The translations under genes were made by a program, and so were the position numbers. Positions 56,933 through 64,000 of a DNA stretch of 64,000 nucleotides are shown piece after piece. The first letter of the stretch is position 1. Each line of letters starts with the position of its first letter. The notes under the pieces were generated by a model. The model had not been told where the DNA came from. It did not search any database and was given only the letters and a program-made list of their open reading frames with translations. The DNA comes from an uncultured Actinomycetota bacterium (GTDB taxonomy: Bacteria; Actinomycetota; Actinomycetes; JAHEKZ01): positions 576,001-640,000 of the forward strand of contig CAVQYR010000002.1 of NCBI GenBank assembly GCA_963718235.1. The letters are read 5' to 3'.

Positions 56933-57361
56933 TCACGGTGCGGTTGCCCCGGAGGCCCCCGTGGTCGTGGTCGTGGCGGGAGCCTGGGTCTGCGGCGCGG
57001 CCGCCGGTTGGTTGGGGATCGACGGCGAGCCGGACGAAGGGGCCGTCCACGAGGAGGACCCGGAGCTGCTGACGTAGGTGGAGGCTCCCTGCCGGACCGA
57101 GTGGGTCTGCGCCCTGACCGCGTCCAGTCGCTTCCGAAGGGAGGCGATCTGCCGGTCCTCGGAGCGGACCGCACGCTGGAGGGCCACCGCAACGGCGTCG
57201 TGCGGTCCGTCGCGGGTGACCTCGACCCCGCCCTGCGCGGCCTCGTCCCCGCTCGCCACCGGGGTCGTCGACTGCTGCGTCACGTAGGTGCTGGCGCCGA
57301 CGAGCAGCGCCAGGGTGGCCGGAGCCGCGACTGCTGCGAACGTGAAACGGGAGTCAGTCAT
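56933..57361 (-). CDS. Secreted/anchored coiled-coil protein with C-terminal TGASGAT (putative flavinylation site)
   Basis: Hydrophobic N-terminus, helical middle, S/P/T-rich linker, ends PATTTTTGASGATAP; directly upstream of apbE. Confidence 0.72.
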   Translation of the reverse strand: MTDSRFTFAAVAAPATLALLVGASTYVTQQSTTPVASGDEAAQGGVEVTRDGPHDAVAVALQRAVRSEDRQIASLRKRLDAVRAQTHSVRQGASTYVSSSGSSSWTAPSSGSPSIPNQPAAAPQTQAPATTTTTGASGATAP

Positions 57362-57818
57362 CGTGCTCGCCACCCTCGTCCTCGTCGTCTTCGTCCTCGT
57401 CGTCTTCACCGTTGCCTCCACCGCTTGCACCCGTAGAGGTGTCCGTCGTCGGGGGCTGGCTGGGTGCGGCGGTGGCCGGTGCGGGTGCAGGATCCGGCGC
57501 CGCGGTCGTCACCGTTGCCGCCGCGACGGCCGCGGCGGCCGCCACCTGCTGCTCGCGACGGGCGGCGGCCAGGCCGTCCTCAGCGCGGGCGAGGCGCTCC
57601 AGCAGCCGGTCGATCTGGTCGTGCTTCCCGGCGAACGTCACCCACAGCCGCTTCTTGGCAGCAGCCTGCGCGTCGAGCACCACTGAGCTGGCCTCCGGTT
57701 CGGCGACCGCGTCGGTGACGCCCTCCGGCGATCGGTCCGCCGCGAGGGCTGCGCCCGTGCCTCCGAGCACGCTGGCGACGGCCGCTGCGCCGACGACGAG
57801 GCGTTGGCTGAGTCTCAT
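57354..57818 (-). CDS. Secreted coiled-coil protein with DTSTGAS (putative flavinylation site) and acidic tail
   Basis: Signal peptide ending ALA|A, helical middle, A/P/T linker, DTSTGASG, then EDDEDEDDEDE; 8-nt overlap with the next gene. Confidence 0.75.
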   Translation of the reverse strand: MRLSQRLVVGAAAVASVLGGTGAALAADRSPEGVTDAVAEPEASSVVLDAQAAAKKRLWVTFAGKHDQIDRLLERLARAEDGLAAARREQQVAAAAAVAAATVTTAAPDPAPAPATAAPSQPPTTDTSTGASGGGNGEDDEDEDDEDEGGEHDD

Positions 57819-57911
57819 CTGAGGTCCCTTCGGTTGCGGTGCATCGGGTCGATCGTCGGTCGTCGACCCCGCGGGACCAAGCGGGTTAAGGGTGCGTTAG
57901 CACGATGCTGG

Positions 57912-59364
57912 TCAGACCTTGTTCTGAGCCGCCGTTTCGTCACCCAGGGAGACGAGGGTCGTCACGAACTCATCGACCATCGCTCGGGTCGTGCGGGCGT
58001 TGATGAAGCAGGGTCGGATCGCGAAGGCGTCACCGACGACGGTCGCGCTCGGCAGGAAGGGCGTCTCTCGGACCAGGCGTCGCAGCAGCCTCTGGTTCAG
58101 CTCGTCCAGCTGCTTGCCGTCGAGGGCGCCGTCACCGACGTAGCGGACGCAGGCAATGGACAGCTCTGGTTCGGTGAGACTCTCCAGGCGCGGGTGAGCC
58201 GTGGCGAGGTCGCTCACCGCGGTGGCGAAGTCGTTGTCGCGCATGATGCGCGTGCGTACCTCGTTGCGTCCTTGCTCCCGCAGCAGGGCCCAGACCATCG
58301 CCCCCCGAGCGGGCGCTGACAGCTCGACGCCCATGTCGGCGTAGGGGATGCCGATCGCGTCCATGGACACCTCGACGTCGTCGGCGCCTGCGAACGACCC
58401 TTCGAGGTAGTCCGCGGGCTCCTGGGTGAAGGCGCGGATCAGCAGGGACCGGTCACGGACGAACGTCGCGGCCACGCCGACCGGTGCCGCGAGCCACTTG
58501 TGGGGGTCGACGATGGCCGAGTCGGCCAGCTCGAGCCCGTCGTAGCGGTCGGCCACCCGTGGGTCGAGGCTTCCGACGAGTCCGTACGCACCGTCGACGT
58601 GGAACCAGATGCCGTGCTCACGGGCGATCTCACCGATCCGGCGCAGGGGGTCGATGGCTCCGGTGTTCGTGGTCCCGGCGGACGCCACGACGCACAGAGG
58701 CAGCACGCCACGGCTCCGGTCGCCTGCGATCAGCTCGGCGAGCGACATCCGGACGCATGCGCTGACGGTCGTCGATGGGCACGGCTCGAACGGCCGCCCG
58801 TCCGATGCCCAGCACCGCCGCGGCCCGATGGATCGTGTGATGCGCCTCCTCGCTGGCGTAGATCGCGCAGGGACGGTCGACCCCGGTCGCGGCGACGTCG
58901 ACGCCGACCTGCTCGAACGCCCACTGTCGAGCAGCGCCCAGGGCCACCAGGTTGGCCACGGAGCCTCCGCTGGAGTACACGCCCAACATGCGTGGCGCGA
59001 GCCCGCACAGCTGCGCAAGCCACTCCAGCGACGTCTCCTCGAGTCGGTTGAACGCGGTGATCGAGTAGCGCTGGGGGGAGGCAACCATCGCGGCTGTGGC
59101 CGCGAGCACCGGGGCCGTCGTCGGCCCTGTGGTGACGAAGCCCCAGAACGTGGGTGAGGAGATGGGTCCCCCGCCGGGGACCACGACGTCGAGCAGCTCC
59201 CGGGTCACCGCGTCGATGCCGACGCCCTCGTCAGGGAGCGGCAGGTCGGTCAGCGTCTCCCATGAGGTGCGTGCTCTCACCGCGTCCGGATGCTCGAACC
59301 GGGCGAAGGCGTCCAGCCGGTCACCCACGGCCTTCAGCCGGTCGCCGTAGTGCTCGGTCTCCAT
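57912..59364 (-). pseudogene. Group II PLP-dependent decarboxylase with an apparent +1 frameshift near 58745
   Basis: SGGSVANL.AL..AR and HHTIHRAA.VLG in the first frame; ASAGTTNTGAIDPL, HVDGAYG and DPHKW (PLP Lys) in the next. 'ccg gat gtc g ctc gcc gag' has one extra base. Confidence 0.85.
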
Positions 59365-59426
59365 GGTCCGACCGTAGTGCTGACCGGGCTTCATCGGGCT
59401 GTTCGTCCCTGGCAGGGTGTGCACCC

Positions 59427-60281
59427 ATGAGCTGGACCTTCAGCGAGGATGTCGACGCGTACGCGGACGCCGTCGGTCCGCTGCTCTCACGGTGGCCGGC
59501 GGAGCACACGATCGCGCTGACCGTGATCGAGTACGCCAGGCGGCAGCCCGGGCCCGGCGACCCGCCCGAGCTGTACGGCTGGTGGACCGACGATTCCGGC
59601 GCGGTCACCGGCGCGATGCTGCACACGCCTGGTTACGAGCCGTTGCTGGAGCGGGTGCCTGACGAGGCAGTCCGCCCCCTGCTCGACGCGCTGGTCGAAC
59701 GGGGTCATGGCGTCACGGGAGTCAACGGCCCGGCGCAGGAGGCCCTCACCTTCGCCGCGGTGGCATCGTCGACCTTGGGCTGCCGAGCCGAGCTGGGCCA
59801 CGCCATGCGGCTGTTCCGGCTCGACGACCTCCAGGTCCCCGACCCCCTCCCACCGGGCGCGGCCCGCTCGGCCGGCCACGCGGACGAGCCCTGGCTGGCC
59901 GAGTGGGTGCAGGCGTTCGCCACCGAGGCCCACTCACCGGTCGCTGACCCGGTCGGCGAAGTGGTGAAGCGGCTCGGTCACGACGGCTTCCGGGTCTGGG
60001 TCGACGGCGAGGGGGAGCCCGTCTCGATGGCTGCACGCGGCCTTCCGGCCGCCGGGGTCAGCCGGATCGGTCCCGTGTACACGCCACCCCGACAACGCCG
60101 CCACGGGTACGGGGCCGCGGTCACCGCGGCTGCCGCTGCGTCGATCCTCCAAGAGGGTGCCCTTCCGGTGCTCTTCACCGACCTGGCCAACCCGACGTCC
60201 AACGCGCTGTACCAGCGGCTGGGGTTCCGGTCGGTGAGCAACCGGGTCTGGCTGACGTTCCACGACCCTGAGGCAGGCTGA
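59427..60281 (+). CDS. GNAT family N-acetyltransferase
   Basis: RIGPVYTPP.QRRHGYG, LFTDLANPTSNALYQRLGF. Confidence 0.92.
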   Translation: MSWTFSEDVDAYADAVGPLLSRWPAEHTIALTVIEYARRQPGPGDPPELYGWWTDDSGAVTGAMLHTPGYEPLLERVPDEAVRPLLDALVERGHGVTGVNGPAQEALTFAAVASSTLGCRAELGHAMRLFRLDDLQVPDPLPPGAARSAGHADEPWLAEWVQAFATEAHSPVADPVGEVVKRLGHDGFRVWVDGEGEPVSMAARGLPAAGVSRIGPVYTPPRQRRHGYGAAVTAAAAASILQEGALPVLFTDLANPTSNALYQRLGFRSVSNRVWLTFHDPEAG

Positions 60282-60285
60282 GGCT

Positions 60286-61158
60286 GTGACACGAGACCTG
60301 GTGCTGGTCGTCAACCCCGCGTCAGGGGGCGGCAAGGGTCGCCGCCTGGCGCCTCGGGTGCTGCAGGCACTGCGCAGCGGTGGATGGGTCGTCCGTGCGC
60401 ACGAGAGCCGCGACATGGACCACGTCGAGGAGCTGACGGCTGCTGCACAGCCGGACCAGGTTGTCGCCGTGCTCGGTGGTGACGGCACCCTCGGCCGAGC
60501 AGCCTCGGGGACCTTCCACTCCGGGGCGCTGCTCGCCCCTCTTCCCGGTGGGCGCGGCAACGACTTCTGCCGAGTACTTGGTGTCCCTGGTGATCCGGTG
60601 GCAGCGGCGAGGGCCCTGAACGCAGCAACCGAGCGCCGAGTCGACGCCGGCCTGGCCGGGGCGCGGCTGTTCGTCTGCGTGGCCCACGCCGGGTTCGACT
60701 CCGTGGCGAACGACATCGCCAACCGGACACCCGTCTTGCGCGGCACACCGGTCTATCTGTATGCCGCCCTACGAACGGTCGTGGGCTGGACACCCGCGAC
60801 GTTCACCGTCGACGTCGGTGAGGGGCCGCGGGAGTACCCGGGCTGGACCGTGGCGGTGGGCAACGCCGGTCTGTACGGCGGTGGCATGCGGATCACCCCG
60901 AACGCGTCCATCGACGACGGGATCCTCGATGTCACCATCGCCGGCGACATCACCCGTGCTGAGTTCCTGCAGCTGTTGCCGCGGGTGTTCAACGGGAGCC
61001 ACGTCAACCATCCGAAGGTGACCACGCTGGTCGGCCGCGAGATCGCGATCGCCGCCAGTCGACCGTTCGATGTCTACGCCGACGGGGAGCTGGTGGGACC
61101 GCTGCCGATGACGATCCGGTCGATGCCGAACGCACTGCGGGTGCTCGCGGGACGTTGA
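60286..61158 (+). CDS. Diacylglycerol kinase family lipid kinase
   Basis: VNPASG, GGDGT, GRGNDF, YGGGM, DDG.LD, ADGE. Confidence 0.92.
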   Translation: MTRDLVLVVNPASGGGKGRRLAPRVLQALRSGGWVVRAHESRDMDHVEELTAAAQPDQVVAVLGGDGTLGRAASGTFHSGALLAPLPGGRGNDFCRVLGVPGDPVAAARALNAATERRVDAGLAGARLFVCVAHAGFDSVANDIANRTPVLRGTPVYLYAALRTVVGWTPATFTVDVGEGPREYPGWTVAVGNAGLYGGGMRITPNASIDDGILDVTIAGDITRAEFLQLLPRVFNGSHVNHPKVTTLVGREIAIAASRPFDVYADGELVGPLPMTIRSMPNALRVLAGR

Positions 61159-61246
61159 CCGAGCAGGTGTGGGGGCCGGGTTCGCGTGCCACAGGACTAG
61201 GGTGGACAGCAGGCTCACCGGACCTGACGCCGAGGGGATGCGACCC

Positions 61247-62137
61247 ATGAGCAAGAGGTCGAAGAAGCGCAAGAAGCCCCACGAGACCGACCACGCGGCA
61301 GGTTCACACGAGTCGCCCCCCGCACCGGTAGACGGCCCATCAGACGAACCAGCAGCCGCCAAGCCGAAGATGAAGCGCAAGGAGTACGAGCGGGACATGC
61401 GTGTGCTGCAGGGTGAGCTGGTGGCCATGCAGGAGTGGGTCAAGGCCACCGGCGCCAAGGTCTGCATCGTGTTCGAGGGGCTGGACTCGGCGGGCAAGGG
61501 CGGCACTATCCGGCGGATCACCGAGCGGACCAGCCCGCGGGTGTTCAAGCACATCGCGCTTCCGGCACCGACCGAGCGCGAGAAGTCGCAGATGTACGTG
61601 CAGCGGTACATGGCCCACTTCCCCTCGGCCGGCGAGGTCGCCATCTTCGACCGGAGCTGGTACAACCGCGCGGGCGTCGAGCCGGTCATGGGCTACTGCA
61701 CGCCGGAGCAGACGCGCAAGTTCCTCGACATGGTGCCCTTGGTCGAGAAGGCGATGGTCGACAACGGGATCATCTTGATCAAGTACTGGCTCAACGTCAG
61801 CGTCCACGAGCAGACCCGCCGGCTGGAGAACCGGATCGAGGACCCGCGCAAGATCTGGAAGCTGTCGCCGACCGACCTGAAGTCCTACCGTCGCCACTAC
61901 GCCTACTGCCGGGCCCGCGATGCGATGTTCGCGGCCACCGACACCGCGTGGGCACCCTGGTTTGTTGCGGACAACGACGACAAGAAGCGCGGGCGGCTGA
62001 ACATCATCTCCCACTTGTTGACCCAGGTCCCCTACACGCCGCTACCGCCCCAGGACGTGAAGATGCCCAGGAAGCCGACCCCACGGGGCTACCTGGAGCC
62101 GGACCGTCCGCTGCGCCGGGTACCGACTCCTTTCTAG
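61247..62137 (+). CDS. ppk2: Polyphosphate kinase 2
   Basis: FEGLDSAGKGG, PT.REK.Q.Y.QRY, FDRSWYNRAGVE, WKLSP.D, DKKRGRLN. Confidence 0.95.
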   Translation: MSKRSKKRKKPHETDHAAGSHESPPAPVDGPSDEPAAAKPKMKRKEYERDMRVLQGELVAMQEWVKATGAKVCIVFEGLDSAGKGGTIRRITERTSPRVFKHIALPAPTEREKSQMYVQRYMAHFPSAGEVAIFDRSWYNRAGVEPVMGYCTPEQTRKFLDMVPLVEKAMVDNGIILIKYWLNVSVHEQTRRLENRIEDPRKIWKLSPTDLKSYRRHYAYCRARDAMFAATDTAWAPWFVADNDDKKRGRLNIISHLLTQVPYTPLPPQDVKMPRKPTPRGYLEPDRPLRRVPTPF

Positions 62138-62192
62138 GTCGTACGCGACGACCCCTGGCGACCGCGGTGACGCTCAAGACGAAGGACTGGCG

Positions 62193-64000
62193 ATGACGGA
62201 CAGGAACGTGGTGTCGGGTGCGGCAGCTCCGGACACCGGGAGTGGTGTGGCTGAACGCTGGTTCGCCCTGACCCCTGAGGAGGTGACCCAGAAGCTCGGG
62301 GTCGACCCCGCCCAAGGCCACCCAGCCGCCAAGGCTGCGGAGCTGTTGGCGACCAACGGACCGAACGCCTTGGCCGCGGAGAAGCCGCCGGCGGGGTGGA
62401 AGCTGTTCCTTGCGCAGTACAAGTCCTACATGCAGATCATCTTGGTCGGGGCGGCGGTCGCGTCGATCCTGATCGGGCAGATCACCACCGGGATCGCCGT
62501 CCTGCTGATCACCGCGCTGAACGCCCTCGGTGGTCTGCGCCAGCAGGGCAAGGCCGAGAGTGCGATGAACGCACTGCAGTCCATGCTGAAGACCTCCGCC
62601 CGGGTCCGACGCGACGGGACCGAGGTCAAGGTCGACGCCGACCAGGTGGTCGTCGGCGACGTGGTCCTGCTCGCCGCAGGCGACGACGTCTGCGCCGACG
62701 GGCGGCTCGTCGAGGCGACCTCCCTGCAGATCGACGAGTCCGCCCTGACTGGCGAGAGCGTTCCCGCGTCGAAGGGCACAGACGTGGTCACGGACCCGAA
62801 TCCGGTGCTGGGTGACCAGTCGAACATGGCGTTCATGAACACGCCGGTGACCCACGGCAGCGGGGTCATGATCGTCACCGGGACAGGTGCGGACACCGCG
62901 GTCGGCACCATCTCCGGGATGTTGAAGTCGACGCCCACCCTCAAGACCCCGATGACCCAGCAGCTGGACACGTTGACGTTGTGGATCGCCGCAGCGGCCG
63001 GGCTGACCATCGCGGTCATGTTCGCCCTGGGCATCTCCCGTGACGAGTCCACGGAGGTGATCTTCACCACGGCGATCGCGTTGGCGCTGGCGGCGGTGCC
63101 GATGGCCATGCCGACCGTGCTCCAGGTCATCCTGTCCGGCGGGTCTCGAGAGCTCGCGGCACACGGCGCGGTCGTGAAGAGCCTGGCCTCCGTGGAGACC
63201 CTGGGCTCGACGTCGGCGATCAACTCCGACAAGACCGGCACGCTGACCATGAACCAGGTCACCGTCACCGAGGTGATCGATCCCACCGACCGTTTCGCGA
63301 TCAGCGGGATGGGGTACGGCCTCGACGGCGAGGTGAAGCACACGGCTGGCAACACCAACACGATCGAGGCGGCGATTCTGCCGTTCCTGATCTGCAACGA
63401 CGCCAAGCTCGTGGACGGCAAGGTGGTGGGAGACCCCACGGAGGGGGCGCTGCTGGTCCTGGGCCACAAGGCCAAGCTGGACGTCGACGGCACCCAGGCG
63501 GCGTACCCCCGGCTGGCGACGCTGCCGTTCGACCCCACCTACAAGCTGATGGCTGTCTTCTGCAACGCCAAGAACGAAGCGGGGAACCCCGTCGTCCGAG
63601 CGTTCGTCAAGGGCGCCGCTCCGGCCGTGATCGGACGAGCCACGTCCGCCCTGGCCAAGGGTGAGACCGTCCCTTGGGGCGCCGAGCAGGACGGACGGGC
63701 CGGTCAGGAGCAGGACCGCCTCGGCGGCCAAGGCCTGCGGATCATGGCCGCGGCCATGAAGGACATCGACCCCAAGGACTTCGACCCCGACGGCGACCTG
63801 CTGTCCCTGGTCCAGGGCCTGCAGCTGACCGCGATGGTCGGGATGGTCGACCCGCCTCGGCAGGAGTCCAAGGACGCGGTTCGGGCCGCCCAGGACGCGA
63901 ACATCCGGGTCCGCATGGTGACGGGGGACGACGTCGTCACGGGTGCCGCGATCGCCAAACAGCTCGGTATCCCGGGCGAGGCTGTCCTCGGCACCGACTT
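62193..64000 (+). CDS. P-type ATPase (P2A-like scaffold), partial; continues off the right edge
   Basis: Manual translation from ATG 62193 (AAGGA RBS): GPNAL, DESALTGES, VETLGS...SDKTGTLT (Asp at 63228), GDPTEGAL, KGA, DPPR, MVTGD. Confidence 0.94.
   Translation, partial: MTDRNVVSGAAAPDTGSGVAERWFALTPEEVTQKLGVDPAQGHPAAKAAELLATNGPNALAAEKPPAGWKLFLAQYKSYMQIILVGAAVASILIGQITTGIAVLLITALNALGGLRQQGKAESAMNALQSMLKTSARVRRDGTEVKVDADQVVVGDVVLLAAGDDVCADGRLVEATSLQIDESALTGESVPASKGTDVVTDPNPVLGDQSNMAFMNTPVTHGSGVMIVTGTGADTAVGTISGMLKSTPTLKTPMTQQLDTLTLWIAAAAGLTIAVMFALGISRDESTEVIFTTAIALALAAVPMAMPTVLQVILSGGSRELAAHGAVVKSLASVETLGSTSAINSDKTGTLTMNQVTVTEVIDPTDRFAISGMGYGLDGEVKHTAGNTNTIEAAILPFLICNDAKLVDGKVVGDPTEGALLVLGHKAKLDVDGTQAAYPRLATLPFDPTYKLMAVFCNAKNEAGNPVVRAFVKGAAPAVIGRATSALAKGETVPWGAEQDGRAGQEQDRLGGQGLRIMAAAMKDIDPKDFDPDGDLLSLVQGLQLTAMVGMVDPPRQESKDAVRAAQDANIRVRMVTGDDVVTGAAIAKQLGIPGEAVLGTD

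Noticed and set aside
57372-57410. (TCG/TCC/TCT)n low-complexity repeat
   Set aside because: Encodes the Asp/Glu tail of the secreted protein; not an independent DNA element.
62004-63731. 575-aa minus-strand ORF
   Set aside because: Antisense to the P-type ATPase, which the ORF track omits only because it has no stop in the window.

Overview
High-GC actinobacterial chromosome segment (Kgd, GltA and MutT3-like NUDIX families; many apparently leaderless genes) with about 60 densely packed CDS. I found no rRNA, tRNA, CRISPR array, integrase or transposase. Left to right: partial kgd; SDR; ABC-2 exporter; HDAC/acetylpolyamine amidohydrolase divergent from a DmpA peptidase; 5-gene peptide ABC importer; ptrB (frameshifted); phhA; ALDH; assorted hydrolases; scoAB; mgsA; an ARH-PfkB-PNP-NCS1 salvage operon; gltA; sbcD-sbcC coupled to an RNase III-domain gene; plsC-like; CDF; mmuM; amidohydrolase; APC permease; NUDIX-PIN fusion; pirin; ccdA-thioredoxin; apbE with two secreted TGAS-motif proteins; PLP decarboxylase (frameshifted); GNAT; DAG kinase; ppk2; partial P-type ATPase. 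Best candidates for undescribed biology: (1) sbcD-sbcC coupled to a dsRBD-less protein with two tandem RNase III domains, one intact and one degenerate; (2) ApbE with two secreted proteins carrying flavinylation motifs at the end of flexible tethers, near CcdA/Trx; (3) a salvage operon whose PNP has a remodelled base pocket. All calls come from motif recognition by eye; no database search was run. The three clear +1 frameshifts may be assembly errors.
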